Part shown: in pieces, positions 1 to 10,983 of the stretch
Layout: each line of letters begins with the position of its first letter
How positions within the stretch are numbered: the stretch's first letter is position 1
NCBI GenBank assembly: GCA_040357565.1
Contig: JBDODJ010000025.1
Strand: one strand, 5' to 3'
Source: Cercozoa sp. M6MM
Taxonomy: Eukaryota; Protista; Endomyxa: Ascetosporea
DNA: 64,000 nucleotides
Position numbers and translations under genes: made by a program
Notes under the pieces: model-generated
Told to the model about the DNA's origin: nothing
Databases searched by the model: none
The model's input: only the letters and a program-made list of their open reading frames with translations

Positions 1-111
<111 letters not shown>

Positions 112-601
112 GACAGAAATGGCAAGGTACCACACCGTCCGTCGCGTTGTCGAGCGTCATGACGATCGGTTCCGTGCCTGGCCCGAATCTGTTGCTGACA
201 ACCTCCCCAGTCGTCAGTCTGAATCAGTGTGGTACCTTTTTGCAACCAGTACCACTCCGATTTCGGATTTTCGGCTCGGGGTGTCTGGTGTGTTTAATAG
301 ATACTCGACTGTACCCCGAGGGGATGTTAACTTTTTACGATAGGTATTTTCCCCCTACAAGTTTAAGACCAAAGAAAAATGCCAGCCAATCCGGCGCGGG
401 ACATACCCCGACGCGAAATTTATCCACTCGCTGCGTTGTCAGTAGCTAGCGCGACGTATTCGAGGTCGATCAGAAATAAATAATAGCGGGTTTAAGATAA
501 ATCTAAAATCTGGATGGCAGGCGAGAGGACTGCAACGGAAAGCAGCGAGGGTTGCGCCGAGCTCGAGTCGTGTCAGAGCAGTTTCGAGCGCTCAGAAGGA
601 C

Positions 602-2112
602 TCAGAAGGTCTCGCCGGTGAAGACCACCTTAAGTCTCTCGAAGGACAAGTAGAAAATCGTCTGCCACGGTGCCAGGCGACTGCAACAACACTCACCGGA
701 GATGATAATCGTCACACACACACACACAGAGGAAGGACAGGGTACGCGTAGATGGGTGCAAAGCCACGCCAGAAAGCCAACACGCCATGCTTTCCTGTGG
801 TGGGGGTAGGGTAAATACAAGGACAGACACAAAGTAGCTAAGGCAAGGGTACGGTAGACGTGCTTGGCACAGTCCCAGGCGCCGTCGTAGCGCGGGTTCG
901 TTAAACACGTGGCCTGCACGCGCGTCTTGACGACATCGAACGGCGTCGTGGCCACGGCGCAGCACAGGCCGCTCAGCGAGGCCGCCGTGAACTGTAGCCA
1001 CACGCCTTCCTGCAGACCGAAGCGATCGATCATGATCTCCTTGGCCTCGTCGTAGGTCGCCACCGACGAGGCGTAACCGGCCGCCGAGCGACAGATCGAT
1101 GCGCGGACGCCCCTCCAAAGAGCGCCGACACCGCCTTCTTGAACAATCGATCGGAACGCTTGCGACACTCCACTATACCTGCGACACAATGCTATTGTCT
1201 TCCCCACCCCCCAACAAACTTCCTACCTGTTTTCGACACGGTGCACATCACTCTGCATTCGCGTCTTGACGACGTCGAACGGCGACGTCACCAACTGTAC
1301 TGTGCCGCCACCTATGACACCTGCAAAGCACATGCACGTACTTTGTACTCATAGAAATTAGTTAAACACCCCCAAAGCTTACCAGCAAGGCACTTCACGC
1401 CGAATGGAACAGCGTCCTTGTATTTTTCGCTTCTGTGTTCAATATTTCGCTGTTCGGGTGCTTTGCAGACGCCCACTCCTGCAAATCACAAACAACACAC
1501 TCACTTAGAGAGTCAAACTCGACAAAGCCTTGAAACTGAAAGCGTCAAAAAAGGCCTGGAAACCTTTGATCAGTCAAACTTACGCTCGAGCGACCGTTCG
1601 AGACCTTTGCACAGTGGTCGATACAGTGTGTAGTTCAAGCCCGCATTGATCGTGGTTCGCATTGCTGCCATCGGTGCGCCACGGTAGAAACTCGCGATGC
1701 CACTCTGTCCGCGCGGATGTACGACTACGGAAAAGTACGAAGAACAAATAAAACTAGAGTACCTGTGAGTAGACCAGTTTCATCGTCTCGAGCAGAGGCT
1801 TTGGACGTGGCCGTTGAAGTTGCTGTGTCGCTCGCAGTGAATCGAACGGGAATGTGCACATTTCGGCCGTCACTGCTCAAGCAAAAACACCAGAACTCCA
1901 GAAAGCTACACCGCGCGCACTTTCTTTCGTACGCATCGTTGTTGTACCTGCAGCCGTCGCCGACACGCCGAACGTGCGGACATCAAAGATCTTCTGCTCT
2001 GAGAAAAAGTGGACATAAGAGGCGCGCAGCACAAAACACACGAGACAAGAGACGGTGGCCAACAAAAAATCAAAGATATCGCAAATCGCCAGAAACCTGC
2101 GCTAGGCGCCAT
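602..2112 (-). CDS. Mitochondrial carrier (SLC25), UCP/dicarboxylate-carrier-like, multi-exon
   Basis: Spliced frame MAPSAEQKIFDVRTFGVSATAAVTAEMCTFPFDSLR. Three carrier signature-like repeats (PFDSLR, PFDVVKTRMQ, PFDVVKTRVQ). Also RYSGVSQAFRSIVQEGGVGALWRG and RLAPWQTIFYLSFERLK. GT-AG introns. Confidence 0.9.
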
Positions 2113-2362
2113 TGCGGCTGCGCGGGCTTGTGCTGATTAACGGGCACTGCACTATAAACACAGCGACGTCGCGCCAAACTCTGCCTGCAATGAGAAAAAC
2201 ACAAAATTCGCTTCGATGCGCTGCCCGTTCACAAAAAATGGCTACGAAAAACTGCTAGTTAAGGGGGCGTGCAACCTCCGTCTTGGATTTCTAGCCTTTC
2301 CCTTAAAGCTCTGTACTGTACAGTAGTGCTGCAGTCATATAGCTACCTCAGTGCTTAGTGGA

Positions 2363-5300
2363 CTAAAGATCAGTGAGCGCAAGGTCGAGTTCGATCTCGC
2401 CATGTGTGACGTTGTCCAGTGCGAAGCTCTGGCGCAGACGACCGCCACTCTGTTGTTCGGATAGTATACTCACGTCACAGAGTTAAAGAATCTGTACATA
2501 AAACAAAGTACCGAAATGACGTCCTGCAGCGCGATGGACGCCTCGCCGATGAGTTCGTCCTTGCCGAAGCGATCCTTATCACGCATCAACAGACGCAGCT
2601 GCGCGAGCGAGGGATCGTTGAGGTGGAACTCGAACTGCTCGTTCCATTCGGGCGACAGTCTGCTCCAGCCAAGAAAAACACAAAAAAGAGCAGTCTTTCC
2701 TTTCGTTTCGTTAGAATGAAAAAAGGCACGTTTTCTTCTTTGTTGTTGTTTTGCGTCGCTCGTTGCCGCAGACCACTGCGTGTGCTCAAACTGAATTTAA
2801 GCTTCGAAAGCAGAAAAAGAGCAGTTGGATACGTGTGAGATAGGGATCGCTGGTGCCATTGCGATCGGCGGCAATGAGGTCGGACGCACGGATCACTGTT
2901 ACAGTCTGTGCACAATGCACAACCCGCATGCTGAACAGTGCGAATACATGGAGAGTTCAAACTGACCAGGAGCGATGTCGCCAGCTTGCTTGTGTGCCGA
3001 CGTTCCAGCAGCGGCGCGAACAGACGCGAAGCACGGCCAGTCGCCGATGGTTGTCGTTGGTGCGTCTGCTCTGTCGTTGGGCTGGCAACTTCAGCTGTTT
3101 CTAAAGTGACACCTTTGCTCGTAACGACAGTATCGTCTTCCACAGGCATTGTCGTTGCTGTTTCGAGTGTCGGCATACTCTCCTGACTCTCTGACTCCGC
3201 TTGGATGCTGCAAGATGTGGCATTTGATTTTAGACACAATTCAAATGAAGGAAAGAAGGTGCACATCGGAGGAACGTAGTCTTGGTCGTCCTCGCGCAAC
3301 AGTGTCAGCCGCATATGCAGCTGACCAGACTTTGCTCCAGTCAGGTCGACCCACGCCTCGCGCTGTGTTCAACACATTGTGCCAATCAAAAGCAAAGTCT
3401 ATCAGAAAATGGCTTCGTACAGGCTCATTTGACAGCAAGGACAGTTGAACAGAACACGAGCCCATCCAATCCTGTGCATATACGGAACACGATGCGTCGC
3501 AAAACTGGCACGAAAAGAAACGTACGTGCACACGACTCAGGTTGAAGTCGTAGACGTCGAAATTGACGTGAGTGTTGGCAACATCGAAAACCGGCAACGA
3601 GAAGGTCTGGGTGACGTTTGCACTCGAGGTAACATTACACAAATTCGCAAGTTGCAAAAGTGTACCTCATTCCACTCAGGTTTCGGCGACTTCTTTCTCA
3701 CGGCACTTTTGTACACGCGTGCGCCGAGTTTGTGTGCACTCGCTCGCGCTGCTTTTACTTGCTACAATGACTTTCTCGAATTCTTAAAGCACAACAAAAA
3801 ACAGGCTGACCTTGGAACTGAAGGAAGATCGTGCGGGACCAACGTAGCACGAAACAAACGGGTCTACCGACTTGCCTGCACGCATATGTTTCCAGTTTTC
3901 ACAAACTAAAGTAGTCGAAGCTAAGAGTACTCATGAGTTTGGACGAGAAGCCGCTGTCTGCCTTGCGCAAATCATCTCCGCCGATCAATTCGACCTGAGC
4001 GTTAAAGCAAAATACGTGTTTAACTTGTATCGCTCATCTGGGTACCTGCAGGACTGCTTCGGGTTTGGCTCGTGCTTCGATCGTGTCACCTTCGCTGATG
4101 GGTACGATAACGCGAGTCTGCTTGCTGAATGATGGATGAGAAGATTCTAGAACGAACAAAGCTTACCGGCCAAACGAGTGCTGCGTGCAAGGCGTCGTTG
4201 ATGACTCCGCGAATGGCCGAAGTGAGTGGGCCAAGCGACATCACGTTCAGTCCTGTTCATTTAATTTCATTTACCACAGTAATCTGACGAAGCAGTTTCG
4301 CACCTTTGAGAACAATAAGATCGAAGTCAACTCGCGGTTGTTCCACCTGTGCAAGTGCAAGTTGAAACAATGAAGGATATGCCGAACGTAAATTTAAACG
4401 TACGAAAGAAATCGACACTTGGCGGAAGCAAGGCCATTTAATGCATCTATACACAGCTTAATTTGATGCAAACGAGCTTGTTCATTGTGAAAAATAACAC
4501 ACGGGTTGAGTAGTTGCACGCGCAGCTTGCCGCTGAACTCAATTTCCCCGAGTTTCGCCGATACTTTACAGATAAACAAAAGATAAGCGTCAAGGTGTAT
4601 GCGCGTGGATGAGGAGGAATACAGGCAACACGGCCCGCAGGCGTCGGTGCAACAGCATCAACGACAACGCGAGAGTTGGCTAAAACAAAGCTGGGTCGCA
4701 GATTGAAAGGCAAAAAGCGATGGAATTTCGAAAGTTACACGCAACAAATCGAACGTCGAATTCTCTGTTTTTGCAGCAAAAAAAATGAATTTTGCTGCTG
4801 CTTGTAATTCGGCAAAAGATGTCAGGTACAGTGTCACGCCTTCGCCGTCGCTCTTGCCAGAGACACCTGAGTCCACATCGAAGAATGTTGTACTGTACTC
4901 AAACAAGCAAAAAACTGTATGAGAAAGAAAACCAGTGATGAGGGGCGGAGTGTCGCCGAGCGAAAACTCGCTCAGCTCGATGGCTTTCAGCACGGAAGGA
5001 CACACAGTTTTGAACACTTTGTTCGTCTGTCCAGTGGAAACACCGTTTTGGAGTCTACAGGGAAACAATCGAAAGCTGCACCGAAGCAATGACGTCGTTG
5101 GCGGCGGCGCGTTTCACGAAAGGCCACAACGCTTCAATCTGTGAGTGTGTTATTCTGTGTTTCTGCCGAGCATAATGAGTTGTGAAAACTGTGTTTCTAC
5201 CGTAGCATTGAGCCATCGCGCCGATTCGCATTGTCGATAGCGCACCTAACGGGGCAGGAAATAGAGAATAGAGTACACAAACCAACTGAATATACCCAAG

Positions 5301-5742
5301 CAGGCAAAGCAGCGGGGTCGCCATGTGGAATCAGCAATCGCTTTAGTGTCTCTATTTCCATACCATTTTCTAAAGAGTGTGTCGATTACAATCAAGCGCA
5401 TCTGTACCTGCGTTCCAGTATTTGTGCCAGTCAGCCGCGATGAGTTGCTGCGCGAGTCGGACGCGGCGACGTTTCTGCGGGTTCAGTCAGTATCAGCAAA
5501 GCTTTAGCGTAAATAAACACAGTAAGCAAAACTACCAGTGTGGTCATTACTGCGAAGGCTGCCAACGGGACGACCAAAAGAACCGAGACTCCCAACCAGC
5601 CACCTGGATTTAAGCGCATTTCATTTGTATTCATACATGCGAAGAGCAAAGAGGTACACGCGTAGACGACAAAGAAGGTGGCGCACCACATCGCGAGGGC
5701 GAGCTGGTCTTGCCGCTCCAGCAGCGCGATGTGTTGAGTCAT
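2363..5742 (-). CDS. Extended synaptotagmin/tricalbin-like protein (TM segments, SMP, C2 domains)
   Basis: N-terminal hydrophobic segments (5431-5742). SMP-like IEALWPFVKRAA, IELSEFSLGDTPPLITG and IEFSGKLRVQL. C2 motifs VNFDVYDFNL..DWMGSC and LSPEWNEQFEFHLNDPSLAQLRLLMRDKDRFGKDELIGEASIAL. Last exon FALDNVTHGEIELDLALTDL*. Confidence 0.8.
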
Positions 5743-6065
5743 CGGGATAGCGTCGCCAGACGAGACCAAAGCGACCAAAGATTGACAAAAAGACAGCAAG
5801 CACTGGGGAGATTCAACACCAGCGGTGACCACGGATCGAGGCACTACAAAGATGCACTACTTTAGCGGTCCTGGATGATCTAAAAGGCCTCGATTTGCAA
5901 CACCGCCCAAACACCCGTTTTTTGTCTTGGGGTCGGCGTTTGGTTGCAAAGAAAGTCGACTGATTGGCAGCGTTTTGCATCCGACAAGAAACTTTACCCA
6001 AAATCCCAGAGTCTTTGCTGCACTTGAATGTACAGGTATAGGTGGTACGCGACGAAAAGCCAATA

Positions 6066-9000
6066 ATGCGCCTCGTGGCTGTCGTCGCGGCTACGGGTTT
6101 GTTATGGCAAGCAGTTGTTGTTGCAGACCAGTTGGTTCCACTGTCGATCGCGAGGTTTTTACTCTTCTGAAGTCTTGAGAAGGATGCTGTCTAAACTTGT
6201 GCTCTTCTGAAATTTGGACAGCCCAACCTGCGTGAAAGCGGGAAAGTGCATCAATGATCACGGCGAATTTGATTCTTCCGTTTGCTGCTCGGGTGTCTGC
6301 GACAAAGACAATGGTACATAATGTCGATGCTATCTGATCTTGAGAGAATAAATCAACTTGTTCGGCTTGAGCTAGGCTGCCTGTCAACAACGGAAGCGAC
6401 GTCCGTGCTTTTTCGTGTCAACGTAAATTTTCTAAAATCAGTTTATAAGTTTATGTTTAATCAACTGATTTTACCTACTGATCCCGGGAAAACCTCTCTC
6501 CGGGAACTGTACTCTTGCAGACCATGGGTGCTCCTTTCATCTGCAAAGACGAAACCTTCTTTGGCGTTCTGGTAAAACAGCTTCATTTTTCAACTTTTTC
6601 AAGCACAAATGACACAGATCGGAAACGGTGCGACAGCGGCGTGTTCTTCGCGCTATTGGATCGGAGGTTGTAGTCCGGAGGGTACAGTTCACTGAAGAAT
6701 ACCCGATGAAGTTTGACTAAAACTCCAAGTCAATTTAAATTACTGGCCGCCTTATTTGTTTTGCTGGCCGCATCTCAGAAAGTGCATGCGTTCCGAGATA
6801 CAAGTGAGGTATGTCAGGTGCTTGTAGTTTCTGTTTTTGTTTGAAGCCTTTGACTCTGCCCTGTCATGTGTCACAGCATCCCTGAGGCAAAAGCGCTCTT
6901 TAACCCGAATCCTGCGGATTTCGACGGGGGACTGTAGGCCAGTTTAAATAGTCTCCGAGCTGTCTACACAACATTAAGTTTACACTACGCTGAATGGGAC
7001 ATGACAGAAGTGCCCCTTGTTTGAGCTCGAGTGACAACTGTGCTTCTTTTGGTTTGGGTTTGAGGTAAAAATTAAATTCGGTTTGCTCCTGTGTAGCACA
7101 GACTTAGTTGACTGGTGTGCAACAGCTGTCGCACGTCCTGTACGACGCATGTTGCGGCAGCGATTCTCGATGACGGAAATCACCACTGTATATTGATCTG
7201 ACTGTAAGTTTAAATCGCGTTTGGGGAACTAAACTTACAGTGGGCGTTGAAGTGCTGGACGGCGACCTTGCGTCGGCGCCCCCAATAGATCCGTTCCCGC
7301 GTGACGTCAATCCAGAAGGTTTGAGTGCAATCGATGGAATCTGCTCTGCAGCTGGTAAGTCAAGTTCCACTGAAACAATTCACTGGATACCAAGAGACGA
7401 AATATATTGTGCCCCGTGTCATCACACCTGCTCATCGGATCAATTTAAAATGTAAGGACTCGCTGTTGGTGAAACGTGCGTTTGTGACACCGATTGCAGC
7501 TCGGGTTACTGCTTTATCACGCTGCGCGGGTCTCTGGCAGCCCTTCCGGTGTTTCCAGAATCCCTGGCGGACGACATCTCCTTTGGTGGCAAGTGCTTGA
7601 TTCCTCCCGCTGGGCTCTTGCGCGAAAATGGCGACTTGACCGACGTGACTGCACTTCCGTGTGCCAAGCACTGCAACTGTCTTGCTGGACACAAGTGTCT
7701 TCCGCATGTTGGTGCGGGAGTCGGTGCTTGCAAGGCACCGAACGGCATCGGTCCATGCACGGACGGCGACGACTGCATCAGTGGCTTCTGCAGCAAGGAC
7801 GGTGCGGGCAATAGCAAGTGCGCAGCTGTCCCAGGCAAGCGTTGTCGGTTCGATGAGCAGTGTCCGTTTGGAATCGCTTGCAGTGTCGCACTTGGTGCAC
7901 TGTTCGCAACTTGCGGAGCTCCTATCATTTTGGGCCCACTGACCTTTAACACATGCGGTGCCACGGGAAGGACCGGCCCCACCTCCTGTCCAGCAGACTA
8001 CCCGTCTGTCGCAGCTGCACCGTTCTTCAACTTGCAGCCCAATGGCGTGCAGCAGTTTACTTTGTCAGGTTCCGGTTGCTACGAGATAACTGCCATCGGG
8101 GCCGCGGTAAAGTTACCACAAGGTCCGCACAGATCATACTGGACGCGTAAGTTTATGTGCAGGGCGGAACTGAAACGGACGACAGCGTCGGACCTGACAG
8201 GCCGGGATACGGAGCCTTGCTATCTGCTCGCTTCCAGTTGTTGGCAGGAAACGTGCTCAACATTGTTGTCGGGCAGAAAGGGTTGAATGACATCTTCGGG
8301 CCGCAGGGTGATTGTGGAGGTAAATTTTATCACGGATAAATCTGTTTCTTGTAAATTTAACTATGAGTCTCGAATTAGGGGGAGGAGGAGCCAGCATGGT
8401 ATGGTTAGGCTCGTCCACCTCGCAGGCGTTCCTTATTGCAGGAGGGGGAGGGGGAGAAGGAGATTCCAATGCGATCCATAGTACTGGATGTGACGCGCTA
8501 ACGTACTCCAGCTCGCTTAACACATAGAAAACAACTGGGACTGCCATTTAAATTATACTATATTTAAATAGAACCCTCGGAACAGACCACTTTTTTGCGG
8601 CATGTGCAGCGACTACGCCTGCAGGAATGGACGGTCAGGATGGAATTAATGCACCAACTGGCGGTATCAATGCATATTTCGCGCGTTTAGTTCAACTTAC
8701 TTCCAATTAACTGTGCATGGTAATGTCCGTAAACAGGTTCTGGGGGCAAGGGCTACATTTCGCTCTTGCTTGATCCAAGAGGAAAGTCTATCGCAGGCCA
8801 TCTCGTTGACGGAGGGTTTGGTATCTGGGCAATGAGGTTTCTTGGGTCAGATGGTTCGCACGTAAGTTGTTAGGTGGCGGTGGTTCGTGTTCCAGTCTTC
8901 AACTGAGTGCTGGAGGTGAGCTCTCCTCTGCTTTGGATCTCATTGAGTTGCACTTAGTTTATTACACATTATCGTGTGTTTTAGGTGGCGCCGGCGGATG

Positions 9001-9244
9001 GTCCGGAGGTGCAGGAGCTCCAGGAGGAAACCCCGCCAGGCATTGGGGTGGAGGTGCTGGCGGATCTAACGCTGTAGGATCGACGTTAAAGGCGGCAGGT
9101 CCGATTGTTCAGAGTCCGTTGGGCCTCGCAGATGGTGAGTTCCAACTTCCAATCGTAGAGACCTGGCCAAAAGCGAATACAGGTTAAATTGTTTTTGGAA
9201 ATGTAGGTCGGGTGACCATCATGTACACCGGTGCAACTTGCTAA
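6066..9244 (+). CDS. Secreted Cys-rich protein with C-terminal Gly-rich (ALK/LTK-like) region
   Basis: Signal-peptide-like MRLVAVVAATGLLWQAVVVA. Cys-rich modules (VCCSGVCDKDNG, CTDGDDCISGFC). YEITAIGAA followed by GGGGAS, AGGGGG and GGAGGWSGG..GGGAGGS motifs. Ends GRVTIMYTGATC*. Confidence 0.7.
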
Positions 9245-9378
9245 CGTAAACAATTGAACTGAACCAAGCTGTTTGTTTTCGACTAAGTTTAAATTTACTC
9301 CGCAAATAAATCTATAAACTGTGCTGAAAACTTATCAAGCGTTCAGTGACTAAGTAAGTGTACTCATCGCCAAAAACG

Positions 9379-9536
9379 AAAGTTAACAACATCCCAGGAG
9401 GGAGGGGGGAGGGTCGGGTACAGTAACTACCTACACATACCAGATACCCAAGGGAAACTGAAGAAGCTAAGGCCCAGAACGCCACGCCAACCCGGGCATG
9501 CCCAGTTATAGTATATGTTTAAAACAAAGTTAACAA
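9379..9536. mobile_element. Putative short insertion (about 136 bp) flanked by 11-bp direct repeats
   Basis: AAAGTTAACAA at 9379-9389 and 9526-9536 brackets a G-rich segment unlike its flanks, between convergent genes. Confidence 0.4.
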
Positions 9537-9576
9537 ACAGGGTATTCGGCGATAAATCGAATGGCCATCGCATGGA

Positions 9577-10575
9577 TTAAGCGGGCGTAGCGCCCTTCAG
9601 CGCGTTAGATTCCGACTCAGACGTCGGCAACGTTGCGTTTTCGCCGGCTCTCGTGCTTTCGGCGTTCTTGATGAGCGATTGCACGACTTCGCTGTCGCAT
9701 TTTTCCTGCACACAGAAAAGGCAGACATGACACATCCACAAAAGGAAAGAGTAGCGATACTAGAGCTTTCTCGATTCGCAGGAGCGACGTGAACAATGCA
9801 CGTGCTGTAGGTGTGCGCTTCCACTCGTCCACCTGTGTTTCGCCAAGTTTCGAAAGAAATTTACAAGCGAGCAGCATGTGTTTTAGTGCCTACCTTCTTG
9901 GCGTCGTGCTTGATGGGAGCGACGTGCTCTGAGATCAGTGCTCGCACGGCTGCCCTCCGGATCAGCAGTGCCATGTGACTACACACAATGTCAGCGATAA
10001 CGAGCTCTAACATCCAACACAAAAAAGAAGGTACGTGTCAAACTCCGAGCTCTCTTGTTGCTCAGTTTCGCCGCGTGTCTCTTTGATTGCTTGCAGAATG
10101 CGTTGTTGCTACAAAGAGAGTGAAATTCGATTGGCCAACGCATGTCTGGCTAGATCTGTACCTGGTCCATCTTGTGCTTTGAAGCCAACAGTTGGTCTTT
10201 CAGTTGTGCGTGTGTCGCCTCCAGTTCCTTCACTTTACTGCGCAAAACGGGCTGTGAAGAGTTTAAGCGACTTAGGTTCGCCAAACGTACTTATCAGCCT
10301 TCGTGAATTGTGCTCTCAGTTCGCTCCACTCGCTAAAGAAAGGCAAAAATAACCGACACAGCAAGCAGTGTCAACCACCTCGAGCTAGGACAAGTACCCT
10401 TTGCTCTTCTCCGCCTTGTCGATTTCTGAGTCCAGCTCTGCTTCTTCTCTGCAAAAAAACACATGTGAACCGCGATCTCAGAAAACCTACTGGGCGATCG
10501 GTACCTCTGGCGGTATTCTTGAAAGCCGGAGAAGGGTGAAATCGCTTCCCATGTGCGTTTCAGCGCCGCTGGCAT
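9577..10575 (-). CDS. Hypothetical protein, multi-exon
   Basis: ATG frame MPAALKRTWEAISPFSGFQEY, exon-like frames bounded by GT/AG (VDEWKRTPTARALFTSLLRIEKAL), stop at 9577. Confidence 0.5.
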
Positions 10576-10983
10576 TTTCAGTGCCAACGATCGCGCACCG
10601 CGTCTCGAGACACGCTGCATCGCACAATCCAGGCAAGTTAATACCAAACCGCGTGTGGATACTATCAAAAGGCCGATATTTAGGGCGATCTGCAAAAGAG
10701 CGCCGTGTCAAGAGCTGGTGAAACGCCGAAAAATAAAAGCGTCCCCGGATCAGAGATAAAACCGTGCCTGGTGCCCCTCATATGCTGTAGGACTCGTGGC
10801 AAAGCTTCAGCAGTGTGTGTGACACGTTGATAGGGCAAAACGCAGCGGAGAGCGGAGTTTTGTATTGGAATTTCGTCACGTGAGTTTTTGGAACGCGCGT
10901 TTTCCCAAGACGACACCGTCGTGGGTTTCTGTCAGTTTCCAGGGTATCAGGCGTGATCCCGGTACCCATGAGTGTGTTTGCAG

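Noticed and set aside
1874-1947. Apparent in-frame TGA in the carrier gene suggesting a variant genetic code
   Set aside because: It lies within a canonical GT-AG intron, and splicing restores the frame.
2259-2307. TTAAGGG...CCCTTAA mini inverted repeat (MITE-like)
   Set aside because: Only 7-bp arms and no second copy in the window.
2334-2411. tRNA-like sequence on + strand (GTTCGATC box, apparent acceptor stem)
   Set aside because: The cloverleaf is incomplete and most of the segment is the last coding exon of the minus-strand C2 protein (DNVTHGEIELDLALTDL*).
9455-9485. Hammerhead-like CTGAAGA
   Set aside because: No stem II followed by GAAA and no stem III/NUH could be built.
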